A stretch of DNA of 64,000 nt from Takakia lepidozioides. Taxonomy: Eukaryota > Plantae > Bryophyta. Positions 48,191-62,973 of this stretch are shown one piece after another. The notes under the pieces are model-generated. The model had not been told where the DNA came from and ran no database searches. It saw nothing but the letters and a program-made list of their open reading frames with translations. The DNA is taken from positions 46,190,001-46,254,000 of the forward strand of contig CM060734.1 of the NCBI GenBank assembly GCA_030704615.1, in the 5' to 3' direction. The translations under genes were made by a program, and so were the position numbers. Numbering within the stretch: position 1 is the first letter of the stretch; each line of letters starts with the position of its first letter.

Positions 48191-49557
48191 TTGTCCGGAA
48201 TGCCTCGCATTTTAGATTAATAGCGTCTTGAATGCAGAAGCGTGTGCCCTGTAGGCCCCGCCGCATCCAAACAACGGGTCACCCCACTATGGCCGGGTCC
48301 TGGTCATGGGGTCTGCCGCTAACCCTCTCGGGTCTACTACCTTATCCGGGACTTAGAATTTCTCAGAGACTTTATGAGTCTTTCCAAGTTCAAAAAAGAC
48401 TCATTAAGCTCCATTTCAACACATCATATAGTCATGAGAACTTTAAGCCCAAGACTGCCGCACATACAGGGATTGCACCTAACCACTAGGATACTTGACA
48501 CTTCCTACTCAGCCTTGAAACTTTTATTTCTTTAGCTTGAAATAGCATATGAGCCCCTCCCACGGGTCCCTCCATACTGCAGACCATCCCTCCAGACCCA
48601 TGGGCCGGGTGGGGTGGGGCTGACCCTCTCCTTTTGACGGGCCGCACCATGTGTGGGCCCGCCATGCATTCAAGGCGTCCAGATTTTTTTTTAAAAAAAA
48701 AATTCTTTTTTCTTTTTTCTTTTCTTTTGAAATTCTGGATCGAACATCAAATCTTCTGGGTTTCGACTAATAATCTACTTGTAGGGATGATGCATCCTTC
48801 TCGTACTATTCGATGTAATGCCATACACGCACAGTACGCCAGGGCCAAACGACTTTGTGACCATGACCTTCGCTTCAGCATCACTCTTCAATCCACCTTC
48901 ACCAGAGAAACTGTGATCGAGACTTAGCTTTCCAGAAGAGTCTGTAGACCAAAGGGAGCTTTGAAGAAAGCCAAACCTGCATTACAGTCTCATGACCTGG
49001 CATTATGAACCAATCATTTTGGTTAAAAGAGCACGTTGGAGCAAGAATCTACAAACAAGGAAGATCATTAGTTACAACTCGATGCAAACTTAGAACTCTG
49101 CAATGAGATAGGGTCAATCATTGTAGTGGTCACAAGAGAGTTGATTGCATATGGAAAGAAGACAACGGATTCAGAAAGCCAGGCCACAACTTTAGGTTGA
49201 ATGGGTCAGACCGTACCGGCAGTCGCGGTCTGAGTTAGCATCAATTACAGTTGAAAGCCACATCCCATTTTTCCAATGAAGCTACCCTTCTCCAAGCAGC
49301 TGATTCCTCCAGTCAAAATCTGTTATCTTCCGAAGACTGCACTACTAGGGAAACATACGCAGTGCACCAAGTCAATTCCCTCCACAATCATCCTTGCCAG
49401 ATAGATTGGTCCAATAGGTCACAGGGTTTCTCACTCGTGTTGCCCTCCTGAAGACCACTTGACAGGGAAGCCACTCACTTGTTAAGTTCTAAGTGCTACA
49501 TGATACAAACAGTTCGAATTTGCTTCCTACTGCCCCAAGGCCCTCTTATTAAAGTGA

Positions 49558-52502
49558 TTAGCTGCTGAAGCTGAGCATCAATTCTGAAGAAGGCTCTGAC
49601 CTCAGATTGGCCCAGGCCATGAGAGGCTCACGTTTTGCACCGTAGTCTATCATTGCACTGACTTCTTTCAGAGTCCACCACACAAACGGAGTTGCCAAAG
49701 AGGTGTAACCCGCAAGACACAAAACTCGCACAATGCCACTGCTGTAATAAGGTGATGCTAGGACTAAGAGAGCTCCAAGAATTCCAAACCATGGAGTCAG
49801 CAAAGGTAGGACTGGGAGTCGGAAAAAGTTGATAATGACAGTAAGTAGAGACAGTGAGCCAAAAAGGAAGAGCCCCCATCCCATGAAAGGATGGATAGTT
49901 GTTGGTACAATGAAGAAGGGGAAAAGAAAGCTTCCAAAAATAGCAATGAGACCCACTGCCTTCATGGCCAGAGGGCGGCAGATGGGTCCGTGCTCTGCAC
50001 AAGGTCCTCTACATGAGCTTTCTTTTGTAAGATGTGTCCTATCTGGAGATGTAAAGCGCCGCCGAACAAATATCCCTATGCACATGGTTATAATATAGAA
50101 AAGTGTTTCAGTAGCCATGAGAGGGATTTCTGATCGATACCTGCCAGACAAACATCCTGTCAGTCATGAGCACATTCCAAAATTGAGAATTCTCCTAGAT
50201 CCTCAATCAAAGGTACCACTACTGAACAGGGAAGGATGGGCCAAATATCCTACATCACTGCATTTTTGAACGAAATCAGTTACAGCCAATTTAAACACCC
50301 CCCTGGGCCAAATAACATCCTCACACGAACAAGTCAGGAATACTCACCCAATGCTTGCCCACCGCTTCTCATGCCAGGAGAGTCCCAGTGGCAAGGTAGG
50401 CCATGACCACCAAAACCAAGGCTTCAACATTGGAACACTGGGAAATGTAATAACACTATTTGGACCGCAGGGAACATTCCATGTCAATTTCAAATCTGCA
50501 TGAAAACATCACAAGTAGTTCTAAGGAACACAGATTACATTGAGAACTACAGTGGCAGGATTCCGACTAAAATGTAGATGGAGTATCAATAGGGGACAAT
50601 AAAAAATACGAACACTTACGGGCTGCAAAGCAGAATCATGGATGTTGAGATTTAAGCTTCATGCAGCAAAGTGCACCCCACGAGACATGAATCTCATATC
50701 TTCAGCTTCATCATATCAAAGAAGGGACATGCTACATGTTTACTACTGCAGACACAAAAACCACATGCGTAAAGCAGAATAATATGCTATCTGGAGCCAC
50801 AAGCCATCATCACAGGGTGGAATGCATACAGAAGTATGCCGCATCCATCTGATATCCGAATGGCAGGCGAAAGTGACCATCCAGCTTTGAGCCATTGGTT
50901 GGTGGATGAAACATAGGTTGATTAAGCAAGTCACTGAAGTAAGATGATAGAAATCCCTGATCAGCTCCATCCCTGTTCTCTCGTCCCACATCTACTTCGT
51001 GCAACATGTCACGCAATGTGTCGTTGGATGGCTGTAGAACAACAAGCATGTGCACTATTTTCAGTATGTTGACGGTCAAAAGCTTTATAAACTACTTTCT
51101 TCAGGAGCATACGCCAACATGCACACACTGGTCAACAAAATAGACAGTCAGATCGAAGATGCTAAGTTAAGAAGACTAGGAACATGAGCAAATTTGATAC
51201 ATTAGCAAGGCAAGGAAGGATAGGAAGGCGTGCCTCCAATACAAACAGTCCAGTATGGAAAATGCAAGGATCAATGAAAGCGGCACAAAACTGGCCGCAC
51301 TGGAAGAGCTCATCAGTCTTCTGGAGAAACAAATTGTCTGCGTCAAGCATTACAACTCGTTCATATTCTATCAAACTCCAGGCATAAAGCTTATTTAGGG
51401 TGAACAGGAACCGCATATCAAAGCGGGGCTGATGTGTGTATGGATTCAGAATATTATCCACAACCACCACCTTCACACCTTCATCGATTCTGTATAAGGA
51501 GATCCCAAGTGTATAACAAGTCATTAGGAGTCAAAACTTTGTGGCCTGGTCCCCATTCCCACAAAGAGATAAATCATTCAAAAGAGTACTTCTGACAGTG
51601 AATGATGTATAATCCTCTAACTGCCGTGGTGATAGGCTAGAACTGCATTGCTCATTATAATTTGCAAGCTGTAGATCACAGAGTCTTATTTTTCTCTATA
51701 CAGCTTGCAGCTTTTCAAACTGTTTATGTACTAGTGTGTGGTGGTTGTCTAGACTGCAAGGTTTCACGAGTCTATATTGTAAGGGCCAAGAGAAAATGCA
51801 AACCAAAAACCATTCCCTTGTAATAAGATAAGAAAATGTCATTTGAGATGATATATGGTACACACAAAGTATGGCATGTTGGCAAGAGGTGATGATGATC
51901 AAAGTTAGGACTACATGCAATCCTGACAAGCGTGTAGGCACAGTTGGTAGGAAGCATGTATTCACCAATTGTAAGAGGCATGAAATGAAAACGTGCCTGC
52001 CTGAACCACCAGCAACACTTTTAATCAACTGAGCATTCAATCTCCACTTCAACGTCTAAGATCCAGAGAAAATTTGCAATCCTACCGTCTCTCAAAATTC
52101 ACCGGCAATCGACATCCCCCCGCAAGCCCCTGAACTGTGCCACAGCCCAGGCATTGTCAAGTGTTCTTACAAGATCTTTCTCCATTCCTGAGGAACGTCT
52201 TGGGAAGCTATCACCACCAGGTCTGCGTCCACTGGGAAGCGCGCAAGAGTCTGCAGCATTACCCGAGCAGCAACATAAAACTCATAGTCGCGGGGCGTTC
52301 CCATATACAGCATAGTTGCGTATGCATTCCTTTTTGCGTTTGCTTTCAATGGCGCATAGGCTGCCTCTGCTTGCATCACGCTGGCCACGATGAGAATCGT
52401 CAGAATAAAAAGGCATCTCACTGGCTGACTGTCCGTGATCGCTTTCCGATGAAGCACTAATCTTACTCGGCATTCTCTAGTGTTGTTCCAGCTTTTCTCC
52501 AT
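49558..52502 (-). CDS. PGSIP8: PGSIP7/8-like GT8 glycosyltransferase, copy B (~506 aa). Exons 52502-52171, 51489-51234, 51031-50830, 50495-50348, 50140-49558
   Basis: Same motifs and identical internal exon sizes (256/202/148) as copy A. Open frame of 1521 nt. Intron 2 is GC-AG. Confidence 0.9.
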
Positions 52503-54224
52503 GTCTCTCGGCCCTGAGTACGCTTCTCGGGCAAAGTCCAATTTTCGAAGAACTTTGAAATACTTTTCCGTTTGCATAGGCTGATCGATAGACAGACCAA
52601 TAGAACGGCACGCAGTCTCGCATCCCAAAGCCTCGCTGAATTAGAGATCCGACGGAAGTACAGAGATTGTCTGATCAGAACTTGAAAGCCTATGATAGGA
52701 TATCACACACTAGACGCACAACCTGTGAGGCTCTCTCTCCTTCTGTCTTACGAAGCGTGAATGTTCTGCGCACCTGCGAGATCCGGAAACTAAGAATACT
52801 GAAAAGCAGGGAGTGGTGGAATCCGCAAATGTTTCCATATGCACAGCAGTGGCAACGTAAGACCAGTTCAAATTACAGAACAATGCACGGGGTCCATAAG
52901 TACTGCATTGTACCCTGACAGCTATACGCCAAGTGAAGAACAAAATTTCTACAAACTCCAACAATCGAAAATAAGCCTACAGGGGAACAAGCGGGGGAGA
53001 AAGAGGCGACATTGAGAGCCTACCAGACAGTGAAGCAATAGGGGGAAAAAGGACAAAATACTCTAGAAAAGACCTACGTAATGGCTTGTTGTACGAACAG
53101 GAATCCATGGATACAAAGTTAGTGTTTTCCCACGCACGCTCGACGCAGACGACCAGCGAGAGAGAGACGGAAAAGACACTCCCCAAAAACCCGTACTTTT
53201 TCACAAACGGACTGCCAACCTTCCTCTCTTGCCTTTTTTGGTCGAAAAGGCCGGACAGGACACATTAATTAGTGTTCGTTCTATCTTTATCTGTGTTTTC
53301 TTCTAGTACATAACTGAAAACTATCCGGGAATAGGATGCAGTGTGTTTCTACTTGACCTCTTTCTACCAAACACCTGTATGGATTTTGCGAAGTTCACGA
53401 CCGTCCTCGTGGTCGTAATGATCACAAGTAAGCCAGGCACAACGGGCGATGCGGGGAGGCACCTACTCCGATGATCACTTCCTTCCCTATCTCTGGCTAG
53501 TTCTCGCTGAGCGTGCATCGAAGACAGCGATTTTGTGCTTGTTTTGATATATCGATCCTCCTGCAGTTTCCACGAAGGTAAATACTATAGAGACGGGTGT
53601 ATACCTGGCGTTGTTTCGAGGCTGTTTCGTGCCCATTCCAATTTCTACCGGTTTGCTGTTCACTCTCGCTCGCCGCGTCTTCCGTCCACTTTAGACGCGG
53701 GGTTTTTCATGGATGTTGGAATTTGTAATATCTTCCTCTGCACTTCTCTCCAGAGAGAGGAATATCCGATGTCGTTTTTGTCTTCACCTTTGTCTGTTTT
53801 GACGGTCGTTTCTGCTGTCAGGGGATGTGCAATACAGTGCGTGGTGTGTACTGTTCATGCCTCTGTGATATTTTTTTCCATCTTAGTTGTCTCCATTCTG
53901 CATCTGTAAACACTCCCACCGCTCTCTGTTTTTTTACTATTCTTAGCTTTCGGATCTCACAGGTGCGGCAAGTGCTAAAAACATTAATGCCGCATAAAGC
54001 AGAGGGGAAGAGCCTCACAGCTTTTGTATCGTGTGTTTCTAGTTCCCAAGTCCGCCTCGAGATCTGTACTTCCGCCGCAGCTCCCCCAGTGTGGTTTTGG
54101 TTTTTGAAACTGCGTGATCTTCGTTATATGTATGTCTGTCAGGCAGCCTATGTAAGCTGAGAAGGCTTGGAGTGTTCTTGAGACTCGGGCCTTTGGCAGA
54201 GGGGCCTACCCAGGGCCAAGAGAC

Positions 54225-57123
54225 ATGGAGAGGAGCTGGAACAATACTACTGAATGCTCGTTAAGATCGGTGCCTCGTCAAAAAGGGATTACGGACAGTC
54301 AGCCATGGAGATGGCTTCTTGTTCTGATGCTTCTCATCGTTGCCAGTGTGATGCCAGCAGAGGCAGCCTATGCGCCACTGAAAGAAAATTCAAAGAAAAA
54401 TGCATATGCAACTATGTTATATATGGGAACGCCCCGCGACTATGAGTTTTATGTTGCTGCCCGGGTAATGCTGCAGACTCTTGCCCGCTTCCAAGTGGAC
54501 GCAGACCTGGTGGTGATAGCCTCCCAAGACGTTCCTCAGAAATGGAGAAAAACTTTGTAAGAATACTTGACATTTCTCGAAGTGTATAGCTCAGGGACTA
54601 GTTGGGGGTCAGTTGTGTCTGCATTTTGATAGATGAATGGGTTGTTTACAACAATTCAGTGATATGATTATCAATGTACCTGGAACTTAGGTCATGTCAT
54701 ATGTAGACCTGGGAGGTGGAATACTGCACTACTGTTAGGCAGGCCTGTTTTCATGTACTGAAAGTTAGGCATGCATGCCTTGTACGATGGATGCATACTG
54801 CTTCCTGTGAACTGCGTCTATCGTCATCAGTTCTTGCCAGCAATGGAAGTCATGTTTTTTGTCGACTACATATTATCTGCAGATGTCATTTTTTATTCTG
54901 CATTTTTGGGTTTGCATCCTCTCTTTACGCAAGCTGTAGAGAGCAAATAAGATTCTCCAATAGCTCACAAATTATAGTGAGTCAGTGAGGAAGTTATACA
55001 TGGGATACTGTCATCAGAAATTTTTTTTTTGGAACAATTTGTCTCCTTCAAGGAATGGAGACTGAGCTGTCTAGTCCTTTATTCTAATTGCTGTCATACA
55101 CATTGGGATTTCCTTTACAGACTCGATGAAGGTGTGAAGGTGGTGGTTGTGGATGATATTCCGAATCCATACAGACATCAGCCCCGTTTTAATATGCGGT
55201 TCTTGTTCACTCTAAATAAGCTTTATGCATGGAATCTGACGGAATACGAGCGGGTTGTTATGCTCGATGCCGACAATTTGTTTCTGCAGAAGACTGACGA
55301 GCTCTTCCAGTGTGGCCAGTTTTGTGCTGCTTTCATCAATCCTTGCATTTTCCACACTGGGCTGTTTGTATTGGAGGTATGGCATCCTTATCCTTCCTTG
55401 CATTTTTGCTCTTTGTGACACAGACGTTCACAGCGATGACTCAGTATATTGAAGTCACTTCAGCTTTTTCTGTGCATGTTGAACTTGTACTTGTACTCGA
55501 ACTTGTACTTTGTTGAAGAAAGTATTTTACAAGGTACTTTATGATGCTTTGTGAGGCTGATCGTCAATCTACGATGCTACTGCTTGTTGCTCTGCAGCCA
55601 TCAAATGACACATTCAGCGACATGCTGCATGAACTAGATGTGGGACGAGAGAACAGGGATGGAGCTGATCAGGGTTTTCTGTCATCGTACTTTGGTGACT
55701 TGATTGATCGACCTTTGTTTCATCCACCGACCAATGGCTCAAGGCTGGATGGTCACTTACGCCTGCCATTTGGATATCAGATGGATGCCTCATTCTTTTG
55801 TATGTATTCCAGTCTGTATTCTAGGCTTATGAGATAACATATTTTGCTGCTTGTAAGGATGTCCTTTTCGTTCCCTTCATGTTTAGTAAGATGGAGGTTG
55901 AAAGTCTCTTTTGAGTTGACAAAGACTGAAGATATGAGCTGTATCTTATTGTGGTGTGAAGTTTGCTTTTGGAAGCTTGAAATTCAAATACTTCCAACTG
56001 CTAAAAGAATCAATGCATGAGCTACTGAGGATGCCACAGAAGTTCAATATCCATGATTCTGTTGCTGCAGTAAGTTGTTCTGACTTTAGTCACAGTCAGT
56101 CACTCACTTCTTGGTTGTCTATGCAGATTTGAAATTGAGATGGAATGTTCCCTGTGGTCCAAATAGTGTTATCACATTCCCTAGTGTTCCACTGCTGAAG
56201 CCGTGGTACTGGTGGTCATGGCCAACATTGCCGCTGGGACTCTCCTGGCATGAGAAGCGGCGGGCAAGCATTGGGTAAGTTTGGAAATTTGAGGGAAAGT
56301 TTGTATGAATTCTCACTTTCTATGAGGACCAGAAATGCTTGGCATCTTACCTGCACGAGGCCTTCACCCTTAGACAATCACTAGAACATTAGTTCTTATT
56401 CTTGGGTTCTGGTTTTGTTTCCTCTCTCATGTTTTCTTCCATTTTGTCCCATAAGCTCATGAGCTTTCCGTGGATGTTATAAAGCCCATTTCATTTCATT
56501 TCATTTCTTAAGTAGTTCATAACTGACGATTGGCTTGTCTTGGCAGGTATGGGTCAGAAATCCCCATATTGGCGGCTGAGGCACTTCTCTATATTATAAT
56601 CATGTCCATAGCAATATTGGTTCGGCGGCGCTTTGCATCTCCAGACAGGACAGCTCTGATGAAAGAATGTTTAGGTCGAGGACCTTGTGCAGAGCATGGA
56701 CCAATCTGCCACCCTTCAGCCATGAAAGCAGTGGTTCTCATTGCGGTAATCGGAAGTTTTCTTTTCCCCTTCTTCATCATCCCAACAACTGTCCATCCTT
56801 TCATGGGATGGGGTCTTTTTCTTCTTGGCTCCTTGTCTCTACTCACTGTGGTTATCAGCGTTGTCCAACTCCCAGTCTTACCTCTGATGACTCCATGGTT
56901 TGGAATTGTTGGAGCTCTCTTAGTCCTAGCATCACCGTATTACAGCAGTGGCATTGTGCGAGCTTTGTGCACTGCGTGTTACACCTCCCTTGCAACTCCG
57001 TTTGTGTGGTGGGCCCTGAAAGAAGTTAGCGCAATAGTAGACTACAGTGCCGAGCGAGAACCTTTGATGGCCTGGACCACTTTGAGGTCAGAGCCTTCTG
57101 CAGAATTCATGAAACTTTGCTAA
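54225..57123 (+). CDS. PGSIP8: PGSIP7/8-like GT8 glycosyltransferase, copy C (~504 aa). Exons 54225-54556, 55121-55376, 55598-55799, 56127-56274, 56547-57123
   Basis: Same motifs, all introns GT-AG, open frame of 1515 nt. Confidence 0.93.
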
Positions 57124-58956
57124 GCTTCAGCATATCCACCCAAACAACGGGTAATTGATGTAGTTCGAAGCACATTCCAACTGTTTGCGTCATGGAGCAC
57201 TAAGATCCCAACAGGTGAGTGGTCTCCTGGACGGCAACAGGATTTAGAAGCCATGTGGCTTTTTGGTCCAATCTGCTTATGGCAAGGATGGAGGGAATAT
57301 GGAGCTGGCGGAGAGCATGTCTTCCTCCACTGTGCACTATCTTTGAAGACAGGAGGTTTTTGCTTGGGGAGCCTTCAGCTTGGAGAATGGTAGTTTCATT
57401 GCCACAGCTTTGACCTGAATCCCCTGTGATTGATGTCTTAGATCCTTGCGACTACCAGGACCCAGGACCCTCCAGGCACATACATATATCACAGACTCAA
57501 TTCATTTGCCTGTTTCGCCTACAGCCTGACGAATTTTGACACAAGAGTAGCTGTTGAGATGCTCAACAAAACCTTGTCAATCAGGTTTTGTAGGAGTTTG
57601 CGCGTTGCAATTTGCAAACATTGTATCTGTACATTAGCAGCATTGGCTAGTTAGTTTCCTCAGATGGAATGTCCAAACATTCAGATAACATGACTTGCAT
57701 GCTTTTCTGACACTCAATTTCTACGCCTTCCATGGTTTTATGAAATCACACATACCCCTTCTTTACAAGGACCAATACATGGCTTACTCTGAATCCGTTG
57801 CTTTTTTGCTGTTCTCTGGTTTGATGCACCCCATTGCTGAGCTTTTGCATTTATCTTTTGTCTTGTGTACATGCATTTAGTGCAATCTGCCCTGCTCCTT
57901 CGCTCGATGGATGCTTCATACAACCGACAGCACTCGCAGTTCCTCAAGTGAAAGCGAAGTGGACACTGATGCCGGAATCACGAAGAGCTTGGTGGATGAA
58001 ACATTCAGTTCTTTTGATGCGAAGACTTTCGGCTCTCTCGCGTTGGCAAGCCTCATCTTCCCTGTCGTCTATGGGACGATGCATTCACAGTTTTGGCGTA
58101 CATAAAGGGATGACCACAAGCTAGTTGCATGACCTAGTACAAGTCTGTTTCCCTGATACATTGACCTCAAAGAGAAGCTCGTTGCTTCCTCCAAATATGA
58201 GGCTGAGAGAATCGTGTAGGTGAATGAGAGCGGCATCACACCCGGGCATCCCAGAACATTCTGGAGTATCGTCCGTCTTTACCTTTCCTTCTACGTTGAA
58301 TCTTTATACACGCATATCTCTCTTTCTCTTTCCTTAAAGTATGCACAAAACATAACTTGCGAGACGATTACGCTCTTATAAGCTATGATGCCTATAGATG
58401 CGAATGAGCATTGTGGTGATTTTCCTTTGTGGAAACTTTCATAAAACCATGTCAGCAGCACGAGATGGAAGGAAGATGGGCAAAGGAGGTGCAAGCTCAC
58501 GGGCAGATTCACAGTGATCCATGGATGCTAAGTAGCAGGGCAAGAAATGAAGCAAGGTACCGAAGCTATCATCGAAAGGAAGAAGATTTCTGTGAGGAAA
58601 GACAGAAGGGATATACTTCGTAGGAGGCTGGATGAATACACGTACATAGACGTATGGGAGGTGGGGTATAGCACACGTGTCGGAAGGCTGGGGACACTTT
58701 CTCGCTTGGCAAAGGCCATGCTGGAGTTGGGCGCCGCACTTTCCAGACTTGTCTAGCCGAGGGGGAAGTGCTGTTGGTTCGGAATCGAGGAGGAAATTCT
58801 GAGGTTTTTGGGATTGATTAGCATCTTGGCGGGTCGCAACCATTTGCATGCACCTTGTCCGTCTGCTACGGGATTGGGAACTGAGCGAAAATTCATTTCC
58901 AGGATAGAGGAACCTGTCGCTCTTCTAAAGAGATCAAGTCAAAATCTGATACAGCA

Positions 58957-61249
58957 ATGTCGGTGGGAGGCTACAAGAAAGGATATGGGGACATTGAGAC
59001 AGGATTTGGGCAGACCGCGGCGTTGTATCCAGGGATTCCTGCCGAAGAGAATGTGCTGAGATGGAATTTTATCAGAAAAGTGTATTCGATTTTGTGTGTC
59101 CAGTTTCTGTTGACAGCGGCCGTGGCGGTTATGGTGGTGTTTACCCCACCCGTCAGGAACTTTTTCCAGGAAAACCCTGGTATCATGTTCTTCATCGCGT
59201 TCGTGCCACTTTTTTGTAAGTGATCCTGTCGTTTCATGTATTTTCCGTCCAGAATTGGGCTTCTTCAGGGAAGGTGGATGGAAATTTCTCTTCGTGCAAT
59301 CTCTCCCCCTCTTAGCACTGGATTCAACTGTTAAATATGATGTCAATGGCTCCGGTGATCTGTGATCATCTACATGAGGTAAGAATTGCACGGACCATTT
59401 CCAGAAAGCGGCTGCCGACGAAAATCTCTCTCTCTATATGGGAACTCCTGGTCCTCTTAGGACGTTATATTGTTTCTATCTTTCGTAGAGGATGACAAAA
59501 CGTCAGGTTTCGAGAAGATTTTTGGAAGAACACAGGTTGTGATTGTGGTCCAAATCTTATTATCGCATCCCAATGTTGTGCACATCCGTCTGCTTCCTCT
59601 CTCTCCACCGGATATTTCTGTTTCCTAGCGTGAAAGGGTTAACTTCTGCATTTGGGTGTCCTGCCTGCAGTGATGTGCCCACTCTATTACTACCATCAAA
59701 ATCATCCAACCAATCTCATATTGCTGGGGCTCTTCACTGTGGCTATAAGCCTCACGGTGGGAATCTCTTGCTCTCTCACGCCAGGTACTGTGCCCCTCTT
59801 CCGCTTTCTTTGGTAGAAATGAACACATTTAACACACTGGTCCTCAAGCCATACGCAAGCAGGCTGTTTCGCGTGCTTAAGCATGCCAAGAATGCATCCA
59901 TGTAACTGGTTTGGCTGTTCATCACTTCGGCCTGTTAAATTGGTGCATACATAGTGGCTGCAGAAAAGCATCCCACTGTTATGCTTGAAACTGATTATGG
60001 AAAAGCAACCAGGTTCATGCCTCGGACAGGAATGCTCATCAGGATGATGAAGAACAGTTTGAAAGTATCAACGAAAAACATTTCTTAGGGATATATGTCT
60101 ACATGCAAGCAGAATATATAACACTTCGGGTCCTCAAAGCTGAAAGCTTCTGCCAAGATTTGCTAAGAGACAATAGTATGTGTCTCGGATCTCATAGATG
60201 CAGGATAGGAGAAGAAACGGTACTCTGTCTCTATATCCTGGGTGGCACAGAAATAATTTCTCACGTCCATGGCAGGTCCAAAGTGCCCAAGGGACATAAG
60301 TAGAACAACAAAGAACCATAGAAACAGAGAGAAAGGGAAGGGAGTAGGGATCAGGGGTGCAAATCAATTTACAATATACAATCTAACAGGCTAACAATAG
60401 TTGTTGTTAATGACGGATAACAATCCTATCGATCTAACAATCTACTTCTGAAAACCTAATCCATGATGGCATGGGTTGGCAACAGGACCAATAGTGCTGG
60501 AAGCACTGATCATGACAGCGGTGGTCGTAGTGACACTCACAGTGTACACGTACTGGGCAGCTCAGAAGGGATACGACTTTAGTTTCTTGGCCCCTATTCT
60601 ACTTTCATGCATGGTTATCCTCCTCGTGTTTGGTCTAATCCAGGTTGGTTCAATATATACATACTCTTGTGCTATGCCTGTGGTCTCTAGGACTTGCCTC
60701 CTCCTGGTTTTTTCTATGGTAATTGTGGCACAAGCTCCAAATTTATGGTGGGAGGGTACAACAGTTTCCAATTGCATTCATGTATGTCCCAGGTCTGCTT
60801 GAGTATGCCTTCTCCATAGCTCAAGAGGTTTATTGATGTTCCCAAGCACAAGTTGATCTGAATTGTTTGATTTTTCTCTAGCATCCATCATCTTGACTAC
60901 TACTGTGTGAAGGGTTTAGACTGGATTATATAATATCATATTTCGATTGTCGGTGGATGGTGGGGGGCAATTTCTGGGAAAGAACTACATTGAAGACAAA
61001 TTAACAGGGAAAATTGTTGGGTTGGGTGCTGGACAGGCTTTCTTTCCCCTGGGGAGGGTCTCTCAAACCATCTATGGGGCCCTTGCAGCACTTCTCTTCA
61101 GTGTGTACATTGTCTATGACACTGACAATCTGATCAAGCGCTATACATATGATGAATACATATGGGCCTCAGTGGCAATTTATCTTGATATCATCAACCT
61201 CTTCCTCGCTCTTTTGCAGCTTCTCAGGGGTATTGGATCTAATGACTAG
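58957..61249 (+). CDS. LFG: BI1-like / LIFEGUARD (TMBIM) membrane protein, ~247 aa. Exons 58957-59215, 59671-59784, 60486-60643, 61037-61249
   Basis: LYPG..ENVLRWNFIRKVYSIL, HPTNLILLGLFT, GYDFSFL and YIVYDTDNLIKRYTYDEYIWASVAIYLDIINLFL. Exon phases are consistent (744 nt). Confidence 0.93.
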
Positions 61250-61766
61250 GTAGTCATTTAGGGAGGTGTAGAGAATCACATAACTAGAACAGAGCCCTTT
61301 CAAGCTTTTTGGGGCAGAAGGACAAAGAGAAGGTATCACCTAGATTGTTCTTTCCCTTTGCCTTGAGGGCAGAGATCTGAAAGAAGTGATTAAGGTTAGA
61401 GACAGAGATACAATGTAAGACTTGTGAATTCTACTGCTTTGAAGAAAATCTGTTGTCTGTTGTCTGTTGTCTGTTGTCTAGTAGCAAAATAGAGTGGGGG
61501 TCTCCAATTGGTCTGGATAGCTCAGGTGGTTTTTTTGGGTGTCTGGTGGACACTGTTAATATTTCGGGAGTCGTGAAAACAATTGTTCAGCAAGGATTCA
61601 TCAAGTAACATCAGGAACTGTTTGATAAGGCATGCAAAGCTTGTAATTATTTATTAACTTTCTTTGTACAATAGTCTGGTATGGTTGTGGGTTTTGTCCC
61701 ATTTTCTGGTTCAGCAACAATGTAGAGACACTCTGTTCAGTCGTGAGTCAGCAATGCGTTCTGCAG

Positions 61767-62062
61767 GGAGCGGCTTAAATATGGGTTGGTTGATTCAAGG
61801 TGGACTGTGTTGATAGGTAGAACAACCACCTCCCAGGTAGATGTATGTAAGCTTTCTAGGGTTCCATTGTAAGGACTGTGATACTTACAAAAAGAGTGAC
61901 GAATTTGCACCAGAGTGTGTTGGTGGTTTCTGCCAGACTGGAATGGCAACTGGAGGCTGTCTACCCCAAGATCACTATGAGTACACTTATACCAAGAAGC
62001 TGAACTCATGTATAGCTTGGATGAACACACCAGAAAGCAAAGAGGAGAATTACAATGAGTAG
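61767..62062 (+). pseudogene. Possible remnant exon of a Cys-rich protein (one frameshift)
   Basis: After a TGCAG acceptor: ERLKYGLVDSRW..DVCKLSRV, then a frameshift into HCKDCDTYKKSDEFAPECVGGFCQTG..GCLPQDHYEYTYTKKLNSCIAW. No upstream exon identified. Confidence 0.35.
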
Positions 62063-62973
62063 GGGATTGATATGCATATCAAAAGAAACATAGTGTAGTA
62101 TCCTACTAGCTGATGTTTTCCAAACATTTAGAGGCCAAACAGATCTTGGTACTGTGTGAATTTTTCAGCAAGCTGTGATGAACAAATTAAACAGGGACAG
62201 ACTTCTGTCTGCTAGTGAAGAGAGAGGCCTTGCGGTATCGCACAAGACTGGTTAGATGATGTCCACCCCAACCTAAGTTATTAAGCTCCAACTTCTCAAT
62301 TTATGCCTCGGTTAAGCAATGTCCAATGAGTAGATTGAAAGCCAAAGGTTCGCTTTCAATGGACTATTTTTGTAACCAACTCTAGGCCATGTTCGCCCGT
62401 AGCTGGTAGACAGCAGCACCAGAAGAGGAAGATCAATCGTCTCTGAGCAAGAGGACTCCTGATGGTCGAAGCTTGTAGTTGTTTTTCCTACCAACAACCT
62501 TCAATCGTCTCTCTCCCCTTTCCAAATTCCAACACGCGAAGTGTGGACCATCCCCTGACAAATCCCCCCTATGTGTCTCTGGATTTGCTGATCTAAGATG
62601 GCAGCCCGTAGCCACCATTGACTCTATACAGTTGGAAAATCCTGCAGTACCGTGAAGAAATGCTATGTGCGAGAGCAAAACAGTTTGACATAAAATTCAC
62701 AAGTTTAGAAGCTAGAAGCTTTGACATTGGAATTGTCTCATTGAACCCATTACCTGCATCTCAGACACTAGTTTCATTGCACAAGCACATGGTGGAAATA
62801 GAATAATGTATTCTGACCCACCTCACTCCTTTGTGGACACAGTCATCATCAATGTAAAGGAGATGACCTTAAGAGTGACAATCGATATTAATTGATGGCA
62901 GTCACTCGAGAGTTGAGACCAGAATGGAGGTCCCAAACGGGGCTATGTCAATTGACCAGCACAAGAATTATAT

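Noticed and set aside
57860-58760. Short protein-like ORFs (57911-58105 and 58547-58756)
   Set aside because: No recognisable domain or consistent exon structure; left unannotated.
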